Below the pieces are notes generated by a model. That model was not told where the DNA came from. It did not search any database and was given only the letters and a program-made list of their open reading frames with translations. The position numbers and the translations under genes were made by a program. Shown here one piece after another: positions 18,169 to 26,856 of a stretch of DNA of 32,299 nucleotides; within the stretch, counting starts at the first letter, position 1; every line of letters begins with the position of its first letter. The DNA is from a virus (taxonomy: Duplodnaviria; Caudoviricetes): positions 1 to 32,299 of the IMG/VR virus record IMGVR_UViG_3300025530_000352. One strand, written 5' to 3'.

Positions 18169-19611
18169 ATGTGCAGTATATCAGGAGCAATGTTCCCTTT
18201 GCTCATGGATCCGCTACAGAGTGCCCGCTACGAAGATATGCTCCGCGACGTCATCTGCGTAGCAGAGGAGCGCGGAAGAGATAGCTGGGGGTGTGCTTTG
18301 ATATCGTTGGTTCCGTCCCAAACGAAGATCATTCGCAAGATCGGTCGTCCGAGCCACACCCTTCGGGAAGTCGAATTCTATGTTCCTATGATGTCAATGG
18401 CCATCAACAATAATCGCGCGGAACCTACTACGGAATATGTTTCGAGCAAGCTTCCGAAAGACATACAGCCGTTCACCTGCGGGGGGTGGATCGTTGCACA
18501 CAATGGAACGATTGCCAACGACAAGGAACTGATCGAGAAGTATGGTCTGAAGGTTGAAACTTCCATTGACAGTGCTGTCATCCCTGCACTCCTAGCTCAC
18601 TTTTTCAGCGACCCTGCAGAAATTAACTTCCACGAGATCGTCGAGGTACTCTCCCGAGAGCTCGTAGGATCCTACGCTCTCGCGATTGCTCATACCAATT
18701 GTCCTAACGACCTCATCCTTATGGTGAACTACAAGCCTCTGTATGTGGCATGCAATTCCGAGAAGAACTTCTTGCTTTTCTCGAGTCTCGATAAGTACTT
18801 GGAGGCGCCCGGCTTGGATCTTCAATTTGCTAGCGACTTGCGAGTGAAGCCGCTCAAGCCGTACTCGGCACTGCACGTAACTCGTCACACCTCCGGAAGG
18901 CTCTGCTTTGATGAAATCAGCTTGCCAAGGAAGCGTCCGGATTCTCAGAGAGCGTTGGTAGTTTGCTCCGGAGGACTTGATTCCACAGTAGTTGCAGCAG
19001 ATGCACTTCGTCGCGGGTACGAAGTAACTCTGCTCCACTTCCAATACAGTGCACGTGCAGAGGTGAAAGAAGTTGAAGCTGTCAGAAACATTGCCGATCG
19101 ACTTGGGTGTGACTATCTCATCGTGGGAACAGATATCTTCAAAACTGTCATTGGAGGATCTCGTCTCACTAACACACGCGATGAGATCAGTGAAGGAGTT
19201 GCTGGTGCGGAATTTGCTCATGAGTGGGTCCCAGCCAGAAACCTCATTATGCTTGCAGTGGCAACTGGAATCGCTGAATCCAAGGGTTATGGAGTTATCA
19301 TGCTCGGTAATAACCTCGAAGAATCCGGTGCCTACCCCGACAATGAGATGGAATTCATCCGAAAGTTTTCCGAAGTTCTTCCCTACGCCACACAAGTGGA
19401 CAAGCACGTACGTGTGGAAATGCCTGTAGGACATCTCATGAAGCATGAGATTGTCAAGAAGGGCGTTGAGCTTGGCGCTCCACTGGACCTGACTTGGTCG
19501 TGCTACGAGGCAGGAGATCTGCATTGTGGGCAGTGCGGTCCGTGCTTTATGCGCAAGACGGCCTTCAAGATCAACAATATTCCTGAAGTGATCCAGTTCT
19601 TGAATGAGTGA
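18169..19611 (+). CDS. gat-queC: Gat-QueC fusion (class II glutamine amidotransferase + 7-cyano-7-deazaguanine synthase)
   Basis: N-terminal Cys2, HNGTIAN, IDS; SGGLDST, VPARN, YPDN, TWSCY, CGQCGPC. Confidence 0.92.
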   Translation: MCSISGAMFPLLMDPLQSARYEDMLRDVICVAEERGRDSWGCALISLVPSQTKIIRKIGRPSHTLREVEFYVPMMSMAINNNRAEPTTEYVSSKLPKDIQPFTCGGWIVAHNGTIANDKELIEKYGLKVETSIDSAVIPALLAHFFSDPAEINFHEIVEVLSRELVGSYALAIAHTNCPNDLILMVNYKPLYVACNSEKNFLLFSSLDKYLEAPGLDLQFASDLRVKPLKPYSALHVTRHTSGRLCFDEISLPRKRPDSQRALVVCSGGLDSTVVAADALRRGYEVTLLHFQYSARAEVKEVEAVRNIADRLGCDYLIVGTDIFKTVIGGSRLTNTRDEISEGVAGAEFAHEWVPARNLIMLAVATGIAESKGYGVIMLGNNLEESGAYPDNEMEFIRKFSEVLPYATQVDKHVRVEMPVGHLMKHEIVKKGVELGAPLDLTWSCYEAGDLHCGQCGPCFMRKTAFKINNIPEVIQFLNE

Positions 19612-19631
19612 GGAAGGCTCCTGCCTTCCTC
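19610..19631 (+). other. intergenic hairpin
   Basis: GAGGAAGGC-TCCT-GCCTTCCTC, no T tract. Confidence 0.45.
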
Positions 19632-19655
19632 TCATCATACATAGGAGGCTAGTAA

Positions 19656-22286
19656 ATGTACGGAAAGGGAAGCCTGAATGCGGATATTGTGTTTGTAGGA
19701 GAGGCTCCTTCAAAGATTGAAGAGAAGCTGAACGAAGTCTTTTACGGGAATCCTGGAAGACTGTTGCAGTCCGTGTTGAGCTCTGTTGGGATCAATAGTC
19801 AAGAGTGCTTCTACACGTACGTAGTAGACTTTGCAATCGAGAAGTCTCCCACTGTGAAAATGATAGAGACTGCACGGGAGAGGTTCAAGAGCGACTTCGC
19901 GACTATCAAGCCTAAGGTTGTAGTGGCTATGGGCACATATGCAATTAGGGCCCTATTGAAGCGAAACGACAACATTGCGGAGATTCGAGGATATACCTTC
20001 TGGTCGAAGGAATACAACTGCTATATCATTCCAACCTATCAGCCCGGGGCAGTGATTCACAATCCAGCATTCTTCAATGACTTTGCGAAGGACATACAGA
20101 AAGTATCCGAGGTAGTGAAGTATCCCCCTGGTGGCGTACGTCAGAAGCCTTTACAGTGGTACATGATCAAGTCAAAGAAGTACGCCATCAGAGTGCTTCG
20201 AGCGATGCAAAAGATGAAGAATGTGGTCTCGCTTGACATTGAGACCGACGGCTTTGACTATTTCAAAGATGACATTTTGGACATCGGGATGAGCACGAGT
20301 GATGACAGTGCAATCACATTTCACAAGAGCGTGATTGAAGATCCTGAGGTGCAGGCGGAAATGGCTCTCGCATTTGCGAACCCAGACATCATTTGGGTGC
20401 TCCAGAATGGCAAGTTCGATGTGCAGTTCTTGAGGGCGGACCCTGATCCGAAAATCTTCGGAAAAAAGAAGAAAGTGGTCATCCCTACTGCAAGGTGCGA
20501 CTTTGATACTATGTATGCGCACTATGCACTGGATGAGCGTCAAGGAACGCATGGCTTGAAAGCTTGGGCTAGAGAAGAATTCGATGCAGAGGACTACGAA
20601 GCAGAGATTCGAGCGTATTTGCCAAACAAGGATACACCATACTCAGCAATTCCGGACAGAATTCGGCACAAGTACCTTGCAAATGACGTTCGCTACACCC
20701 GGAAGGGGTACTTCAGGTTCAAGGAGAAGATGAAGCAGGATGGCGTCGAATGGCTCTTCTATAACCTGCTCATGCCCGCTTCCAGAGCCTTCACGGAAAT
20801 TGAGCTAGAGGGCGTTCCAATAGATGTTGAAATGCTGAAGCGTTTGATGGAAGATGCTGCCCCGAAGATCGAAGAGGCTGCAAAGCGCCTGGCAAGAGCA
20901 GCTGAGCAAGTAGGGTGGTCTCCTGAAGCGTACGTTGCCGCTACCGGTGCCAAGGAAAAACCCAAGTTCTTCAATCCGAAGTCCCATCCACAGCTGTCCT
21001 GGGTAGCATACGACCTGTGCAAAGTACCTCTCTTCGAAGGGAAGAAGACTTGCAACAAAGATGCTGTAGAGGCGTATCAGTACAGACATCCTTTCTGGAA
21101 AGCTCTTGCAGAGTATAAGCAAGTCAATGACTTGTTTGGAACATATGTCAAAGGAATGTTACAGAGAGTAGATCCAGATGGAAGGGTACGTCCTGACTTT
21201 CTGCTGCACGGCACGGTCACAGGACGGCTCTCCTGTCATGACCCGAACCTTCAGAATATCCCAAGAAAGTCGTTCGTCAAGGATCTCTTTATCTGCGATG
21301 AAGATAGCGTGATTTGCAGTGTGGACTACAAGACGCTGGAAGTTGTAGTTGCCTCAATCCTATCTGGTGATGAAGAGATGCAGCGGCCATTCATTATGGG
21401 AGAAGACTTCCACATGAACACTACGCGGGATGTCTTCGGAGAGCACTTGGAAAACTTCCGACAGTGGACTCTAGAGAAGAACGTCAATGCGTATATCAAG
21501 TACTTGCAGCAACCTATGATGCTTGAAATGCGAAATGCCAACGCGGCATACAAATATCTGTACACTTGGGAGGATCCTGACAACTTCAACACCTACAAGC
21601 TGAAGCCTGTAGAAGAGATCGAGTTCGACAAGTTGGAGGATCTTCTGATCGACTACCTCAGATTCCTCACCAAGTTCATCACGTTCGGGATCATGTACGG
21701 CAGAAAGGCGAAATCTCTCGCACACGGAGAGCTGAATTGCTCCGTAGCAGAAGCGCAGAAGTACATCGACAACTTCATGAAGAAGTATCCGAAATTCGCT
21801 GCGTGGATGAAAGCGCAGCAGCAGAAAGCTCTCAAGGAAGGATACGTAGTCAATCTCTTCGGAAGAAAGCGTCGCTGGCCATTCATTACATCCGACATTG
21901 CCTATCAAATCGAGAACCAAGCGGTCAATACCCCAATTCAAGGATCTGCCTCAGACATCAATCTCCTTTCGCTGGTCGCAATTCATGAAGCATTCCGGGA
22001 GAATGGTTGGGGACATGTAAGGTTTACAGTACACGACTCCATTATTTTCCAACTCAAGAAGGCCCACCTATCGGAAGCACTTCACTTGATTCGCGACAAG
22101 ATGACCCATCCACCAGTAGACACTCAAGTACCTTTCGAAGTAGACTTGGAAATTGGCACTAGATACGGTAATGTAGAGCAAGTTAAGCTGAATGCTCACG
22201 GACAATGGGTTCCTGCCAAGCCCGAGAAAGCTAGTAAGTGGTTGATCGACACCCTAACTACCTATTGTGGATACTCTCCTACATAA
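19656..22286 (+). CDS. polA: family A DNA polymerase with N-terminal UDG-like domain and 3'-5' exonuclease
   Basis: VGEAP...PTYQP (UDG-like); DIETDG, NGKFD, YLAND (exo); TGRLS..PNLQNIP, DYKTLE, KFITFGIMYG, VHDS (pol). Confidence 0.93.
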   Translation: MYGKGSLNADIVFVGEAPSKIEEKLNEVFYGNPGRLLQSVLSSVGINSQECFYTYVVDFAIEKSPTVKMIETARERFKSDFATIKPKVVVAMGTYAIRALLKRNDNIAEIRGYTFWSKEYNCYIIPTYQPGAVIHNPAFFNDFAKDIQKVSEVVKYPPGGVRQKPLQWYMIKSKKYAIRVLRAMQKMKNVVSLDIETDGFDYFKDDILDIGMSTSDDSAITFHKSVIEDPEVQAEMALAFANPDIIWVLQNGKFDVQFLRADPDPKIFGKKKKVVIPTARCDFDTMYAHYALDERQGTHGLKAWAREEFDAEDYEAEIRAYLPNKDTPYSAIPDRIRHKYLANDVRYTRKGYFRFKEKMKQDGVEWLFYNLLMPASRAFTEIELEGVPIDVEMLKRLMEDAAPKIEEAAKRLARAAEQVGWSPEAYVAATGAKEKPKFFNPKSHPQLSWVAYDLCKVPLFEGKKTCNKDAVEAYQYRHPFWKALAEYKQVNDLFGTYVKGMLQRVDPDGRVRPDFLLHGTVTGRLSCHDPNLQNIPRKSFVKDLFICDEDSVICSVDYKTLEVVVASILSGDEEMQRPFIMGEDFHMNTTRDVFGEHLENFRQWTLEKNVNAYIKYLQQPMMLEMRNANAAYKYLYTWEDPDNFNTYKLKPVEEIEFDKLEDLLIDYLRFLTKFITFGIMYGRKAKSLAHGELNCSVAEAQKYIDNFMKKYPKFAAWMKAQQQKALKEGYVVNLFGRKRRWPFITSDIAYQIENQAVNTPIQGSASDINLLSLVAIHEAFRENGWGHVRFTVHDSIIFQLKKAHLSEALHLIRDKMTHPPVDTQVPFEVDLEIGTRYGNVEQVKLNAHGQWVPAKPEKASKWLIDTLTTYCGYSPT

Positions 22287-22316
22287 AAGAAACTCTGTTC
22301 GCTTCCTGGGAGACAA

Positions 22317-22345
22317 TTGATTTCCCAGGAAGGCTATCATATAAT
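22317..22345 (+). promoter_or_regulatory. sigmaA-type promoter (copy 7)
   Basis: TTGATT-N17-TATAAT. Confidence 0.8.
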
Positions 22346-22382
22346 TAGAATATACTGTTTTCTTTGAAAGGAGGTGAAGACC

Positions 22383-22745
22383 ATGAGATTTTGGCTAGAG
22401 GTACCTTGCCGCGAGCTTTCAGACCCTAGACTCCTAGACGAGCATCGTAGCGTACATGCGTATTTCGGTGGAATGATGAGGGCCCCTAAGAAATGGGCGA
22501 AACATCCTCTGATCGGTCCAATGGATCCATCTGTAATGCACCTAAGGCATGCCGAGCAAGTCGCTGAAATGCTTTCAAGAGGTTTCAAACATTCCACTCC
22601 TCTTGACCTTAGCGATGTAAACCACATCTCAACATGGCGAAACGCTAACGGCCTAGGAACTATTGGAATGTATCTAAATGCAGAAGGCAGCCCGATCCTA
22701 CATGAGAAGATGCGAGAGCTGCAACTAGAATACCTTGTACGTTAA
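22383..22745 (+). CDS. pyrimidine-dimer DNA glycosylase / endonuclease V-like protein
   Basis: MRFW..P..LSDPRLLDEHRSVH, HP, RHAEQVAEMLSRGFKH. Confidence 0.7.
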   Translation: MRFWLEVPCRELSDPRLLDEHRSVHAYFGGMMRAPKKWAKHPLIGPMDPSVMHLRHAEQVAEMLSRGFKHSTPLDLSDVNHISTWRNANGLGTIGMYLNAEGSPILHEKMRELQLEYLVR

Positions 22746-22756
22746 GTCGGGAGGAG

Positions 22757-23230
22757 ATGCAATTGGCAAAGTATCAGTTGTACACTGATGGATCCGCAGA
22801 CAAAGATGGGTTCGGAGGATGGGCGTTCTTCGTAACCCAAGACGATCAGGAATGCTTTCGGAAGAGCGGTCAAGAAGAGAACACCACTTGCAACCGGATG
22901 GAGCTAACTGCTGTCATCGAAGGTCTCAAGATGTTTGATCCAACTTCCGCGGAAGTCGAAGTTCTCAGCGATAGTGCCTACGTTGTGAACTGCTTCAAGG
23001 ACAAGTGGTACGTCAATTGGAGAAAGTACAATTGGATCGGCAGCAAAGGTCCAGTCAAGAACCGAGATCTTTGGGAGATTCTTCTTGCTTCCGCTGAGAA
23101 ATTCAAGCACCCTATTAAATGGACTCATGTTAAAGGACATTCCGGACAGAAATTCAATGAGCTCTGCGATCGCTTTGCGAGCAAGGCTAGAGGAGGGAAC
23201 GTCGATCGTGGTACTATTACCCGGCTATGA
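22757..23230 (+). CDS. rnhA: ribonuclease HI
   Basis: YTDGS, NRMEL, SDSAY, VKNRDLW, HVKGHSG, NELCD. Confidence 0.95.
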   Translation: MQLAKYQLYTDGSADKDGFGGWAFFVTQDDQECFRKSGQEENTTCNRMELTAVIEGLKMFDPTSAEVEVLSDSAYVVNCFKDKWYVNWRKYNWIGSKGPVKNRDLWEILLASAEKFKHPIKWTHVKGHSGQKFNELCDRFASKARGGNVDRGTITRL

Positions 23231-23504
23231 AAGGATGTTCGATGACTCTCTTTCTCGAAAGCAGCTTCGTCACTATCGGAGGCAGTGGCTTCAACGGAAC
23301 AGAGGAGTCTTACGCCTCTCTGTAGAAGACATGGCTCGAAAGCTCGGAGTAACCGCTACGGAGTATCGGCAGTTCGAAGAGGGCCTTACGGAAGAGGTTG
23401 GAGGGCTTTCATTTGAAGAGGTTCACTACTTCATAGTCCAACATCAGTACGCTCTCGGAGTGCAGGGCACTCAAAGGATTCGTATTGACTCTTTCGAGAG
23501 GTAA
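23208..23504 (+). CDS. XRE-like helix-turn-helix protein
   Basis: LSVEDMARKLGVTATEYRQFEEG; start GTG 23208 or ATG 23235. Confidence 0.7.
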   Translation: MVLLPGYERMFDDSLSRKQLRHYRRQWLQRNRGVLRLSVEDMARKLGVTATEYRQFEEGLTEEVGGLSFEEVHYFIVQHQYALGVQGTQRIRIDSFER

Positions 23505-23583
23505 TTCCAATGGGGTACGTGCTAGAAATCAAGCTTGGTATGCCTTTCGGTGACATCTTAAGTGCAGAGGAGGGAGATCCTCA

Positions 23584-24051
23584 ATGAAAGGTTCAAAGGT
23601 AATTTCACAAGGAAAGCGGGTACGCTTGATCAGTTGGACCTACAAAGATATGGTGCACTACGGGATTGAGGCCCTTGCAGATGGTCAGATGCTGCAAGTC
23701 TTCTCTCCAACCAAAGAGATGAAAGGCTGGGCTCTTCGGCAGGGGGCTTTGCAGCGGTTCAAAGAGATGGACTCTGTAGAAGCAGGCAGGCCTCTTTCTG
23801 ACTTCTACTCCGTGGTGCAGGACATTGACTCGATCACGTCGCAGCATTTTCTTGTGTGGTGGAACAAATCCAGAGGAAGATACTCCTTCGGAAAGGTAAC
23901 TTCGAAGAGTGAGTATCTTGTGTTCTATGTGAGTCCTGACAACGATCCTGGATTCTTCAACAAGTCGAGTCTCCAAGAGAAAATAGATCTGGGGGTAGTA
24001 TGGGTTGTGGACTCTTCACAGATTCCAAGTGAAGTAGTCTGGAGGGAGTAG
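23584..24051 (+). CDS. hypothetical protein
   Basis: GAGGAGGG SD, 155-aa ORF. Confidence 0.7.
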   Translation: MKGSKVISQGKRVRLISWTYKDMVHYGIEALADGQMLQVFSPTKEMKGWALRQGALQRFKEMDSVEAGRPLSDFYSVVQDIDSITSQHFLVWWNKSRGRYSFGKVTSKSEYLVFYVSPDNDPGFFNKSSLQEKIDLGVVWVVDSSQIPSEVVWRE

Positions 24052-24052
24052 T

Positions 24053-24400
24053 GTGAGTAAATTTTCAGAAGGCGATTGGGTAATAGTACGCCGAAATGCA
24101 TTGGACATGCCCCCATTAGTAGGGTACTTAAAGGATATCTTAGTCGCAAGAGGTTCCTACAGGAGGCGTTCTCTTAGGGTGCGCATAGTGCGTCGGCTGG
24201 ATGGGAAGCCTATTTCTTGGGCGGGCGCTGAAATCTTGGTTAGGGACTTGGATATAACTCCATACCCGCCTGAGGAAGGGACCTTGCAAGATCTTATAGA
24301 CTTCGCACTCGACGCTAGAGATCGCGAATGGTTTCTAGAGCTTTCCGAACAGTTAAAGCAGCAGAGAGAAACCACCGCGCCAACGGTGACTGAAGAATGA
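24053..24400 (+). CDS. IDEAL-domain protein
   Basis: C-terminal LIDFALDARDREWFLELSEQLK. Confidence 0.8.
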   Translation: MSKFSEGDWVIVRRNALDMPPLVGYLKDILVARGSYRRRSLRVRIVRRLDGKPISWAGAEILVRDLDITPYPPEEGTLQDLIDFALDARDREWFLELSEQLKQQRETTAPTVTEE

Positions 24401-24446
24401 CATATTATTAGCCCTATCTTACCACATAGGGCAAGGGAGGTAAAGA

Positions 24447-24713
24447 ATGACCAAGAAAGCAACCGGCATTGTGCGCAAGGTAGACGAGCTTGATAGGATA
24501 GTCCTGCCGAAAGAGCTGCGTCGTGTATACGGCATCAACCCTAACGACTCGGTCGAGATCTTTGTCACAGGCGAGGAGATCATCCTGCGCAAGTATGTAC
24601 AGCCTACGGGATGTACATTTTGCGGTACGGTCGCGGATCACTATGCAGATATGGGAGACCACAGGATCTGCCCAGGTTGTGCGGAGTTGATCATGGAGAG
24701 GCTGCAGTCATGA
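24447..24713 (+). CDS. abrB: AbrB-family transition-state regulator with C-terminal Zn ribbon
   Basis: KATGIVRKVDELDRIVLPKELRR...IILRKY; CTFC...CPGC. Confidence 0.9.
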   Translation: MTKKATGIVRKVDELDRIVLPKELRRVYGINPNDSVEIFVTGEEIILRKYVQPTGCTFCGTVADHYADMGDHRICPGCAELIMERLQS

Positions 24714-25059
24714 TCAACGGTACAATCTGATTTTGAGAGTAATTATCGCGAAATATTCAAATTTCCCGGGAAAAGCTGCCTTATTTTCCCGGGAATATTT
24801 TTGGGGCTTTAGAATTTATCCGCTGAAATCTTGGCCCGATAATTGCAGGAGACCTCACAGAGGGAGGCATAAAAATTCAGATGAATTAACATTGATTCCC
24901 GCAAATATAACGTTGAAATCCTCCTTTATAAAAGAGGGAAATATTTCTTCAACAGAATTATATTGAAATTCGGTCCCCTATCGGAAATCAACAAAATACT
25001 TGCGGGAAGCTCAAACTATTGCTCTCTATGAATACAACAAAAGATTTATATAGTGCTCA

Positions 25060-25088
25060 TTGATTTACCAGCAGGGGTATCATATAAT
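25060..25088 (+). promoter_or_regulatory. sigmaA-type promoter (copy 8)
   Basis: TTGATT-N17-TATAAT. Confidence 0.8.
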
Positions 25089-25135
25089 TTAACTAACAGG
25101 CAAAACATTTCGCTTTCTAAAAGGAGGTGATAAAA

Positions 25136-25804
25136 ATGCAGAAGCGCTTCGAAGATCTCACTCCTGAAGAGCAGTACATACAGAGTAAAGAGTCACCCGA
25201 ACTTTATCAGGAGTTCTTCCGAATTCATCAAAGGCTTGCGTGGTTCATAGTGCACGAAGTAATTCGCCCGGAGGCTGCTAAGCTTCTAGATCGCGGGGCG
25301 TCTATGGATGACTACTTGCAAATTGCGATGCTAGGGATGTTGAAAGCCTATCAGACTTTCAATCCTGAAAGATCGAAATGGGCTACTTGGGCTTCAGTCT
25401 GCATTCGAAACGAGCTTTACATGACTCTTCGCCGTCGAATGAAGTACGTCAAGCGAAACATCATCTTCGAATCCTTCGACGACATAGTGTTTGACCGCTC
25501 TGGCGGAAGAGGAGACGAAGCAATTACCTTGGAGCAGACAATAGGAGAAGAGGACCTTCGAATGAAACTGCTCGAGAACGTGGAATTCTTCTGGGCTGTA
25601 GTAGAAAGGCTCAAACGTCATCTCAACGCCACCGAACTCAAAGTATTCGAGAAGGTGCTCGAATGCCGTCAAGGAGTAACGCAGGTCACTCTCGCTCGAG
25701 ATCTTGGGATCAGCCAATCATACATCAGCCGGGTACTTAGGCGCATCTACTTCCAGGCAGAAGAAATTCGCAAGCAGCTCCTAGCAGACAAACTTACCTC
25801 TTGA
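25136..25804 (+). CDS. sigma-70 family factor, sporulation sigmaE/sigmaK-like
   Basis: LKAYQTFNPERSKWATWASVCIRNELYMTLRR (region 2); TQ..LARDLGISQSYISR (region 4). Confidence 0.88.
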   Translation: MQKRFEDLTPEEQYIQSKESPELYQEFFRIHQRLAWFIVHEVIRPEAAKLLDRGASMDDYLQIAMLGMLKAYQTFNPERSKWATWASVCIRNELYMTLRRRMKYVKRNIIFESFDDIVFDRSGGRGDEAITLEQTIGEEDLRMKLLENVEFFWAVVERLKRHLNATELKVFEKVLECRQGVTQVTLARDLGISQSYISRVLRRIYFQAEEIRKQLLADKLTS

Positions 25805-25829
25805 TTTCTTCAGGATTTTCACGTATAAT
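25801..25829 (+). promoter_or_regulatory. sigmaA-type promoter (copy 9)
   Basis: TTGATT-N17-TATAAT overlapping the sigma stop codon. Confidence 0.8.
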
Positions 25830-25849
25830 TAATATAGGAGGTGATACTA

Positions 25850-26308
25850 ATGAAAAGCGAAAGCGAGATCGTAGCAACCTTTACGGAAGCAGGAATTGCA
25901 GCATTCTCACGTGCAATCCTGAATGCAGTCAAGGTCGGAATCAAGATTGCCCAAGAGGTGCAAGTTGTCCCGAAGGAGGACATCGACAGTTCCGAAGTAG
26001 ATCGGATCGTGCACGCATATTACAAGAAGCGTTCTGAGTCCGCGGAAGCAGAAGCTTCCCCCGACGCTGCTACGGCAGAGGCTCCAAAGCTTGACACCGT
26101 AGTTCTTCAGGGACTCTTGGAAGACTTGCTTAAGAACAATCCAATGAAAGTTTCCGAAGTGTTGAAGGCCTTGCACGCAGAGGGATTTGACTGTACATAT
26201 CAACAGCTCTACTATTCGCTGGAGAAGTTGGTAAGTGCAGGAACAGTCCAGAAGCTTTCTGACAAACGATATGTAAACACATCCGACTCTTTGAAAGAAG
26301 CTCTTTAG
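25850..26308 (+). CDS. protein with C-terminal winged-helix domain
   Basis: TAGGAGG SD; PMKVSEVLKAL...QLYYSLEKLVSAGTVQKLSDKRY. Confidence 0.7.
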   Translation: MKSESEIVATFTEAGIAAFSRAILNAVKVGIKIAQEVQVVPKEDIDSSEVDRIVHAYYKKRSESAEAEASPDAATAEAPKLDTVVLQGLLEDLLKNNPMKVSEVLKALHAEGFDCTYQQLYYSLEKLVSAGTVQKLSDKRYVNTSDSLKEAL

Positions 26309-26318
26309 AGAAGGGAGG

Positions 26319-26552
26319 TTGAGTAAATTGAATCCTGAAACATTCCATCTATTTGAGCAAGTCCTTGCAAATACACGCAAGTACTTCGTATGCGAGTACT
26401 ATGCAGGCACCCGTGAAATGATCTTTAGATACGTGTGTAAGCAACTTGGGGATGTTCCTCCAGCAATGGTGTCCGCAGCGCTGAGAGTACTCCGCGACAG
26501 CAATGCAATCATATACGACAAGAAGGTTTGGTGGTTCTTGGCCGACAGATAA
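26319..26552 (+). CDS. hypothetical protein, possible winged helix
   Basis: AAGGGAGG SD; TREMIFRYV...VSAALRVLRDSNAIIYDKKVWW. Confidence 0.55.
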   Translation: MSKLNPETFHLFEQVLANTRKYFVCEYYAGTREMIFRYVCKQLGDVPPAMVSAALRVLRDSNAIIYDKKVWWFLADR

Positions 26553-26586
26553 TCCGACCCTAGAGTGCATCTATGGAGAACGGACC

Positions 26587-26615
26587 TAGGAGACCTTCGG
26601 GTCTCCTACCTTCTT
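26587..26615 (+). terminator. hairpin / probable terminator
   Basis: TAGGAGACC-TTCG-GGTCTCCTA; weak T tail. Confidence 0.65.
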
Positions 26616-26634
26616 GAAAGGAGGTGATTATTCT

Positions 26635-26856
26635 TTGGGAAGCAGTCGCCCAAAGTTTGTGATGGACATTTCTGTAGAGAAAGTAGACATGAGTTCTTGG
26701 ACCGTGTATCGGAGAAGACAGACCTGCAAGTGCAAGAGAGTTTGCAATGACGCAGTTCGGTTCATTGGTATCGAAGATCGGATAGTGGTGTGCCGGAACA
26801 GAGCTGCAGAGCTTCTAGGAGAACTGTCTAGCATACTTAAGGACGGTGAAAGCTGA
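26635..26856 (+). CDS. hypothetical Cys-containing protein
   Basis: GAAAGGAGG SD, TTG; CKCKRVC...VVC. Confidence 0.6.
   Translation: MGSSRPKFVMDISVEKVDMSSWTVYRRRQTCKCKRVCNDAVRFIGIEDRIVVCRNRAAELLGELSSILKDGES

Noticed and set aside
14716-19611. tRNA queuosine pathway
   Set aside because: No queF or queA, the TGT-like protein lacks the Zn-binding tail of tRNA TGTs, and Gat-QueC plus adjacency to DNA polymerase point to DNA modification
18592-19713. Long antisense ORFs (also 9504-10337, 15207-15902, 17295-18041)
   Set aside because: They shadow well-supported plus-strand genes and show no recognisable motifs
21441-21655. Intein in PolA
   Set aside because: Too short, with no N-terminal Cys/Ser or C-terminal His-Asn splice motifs
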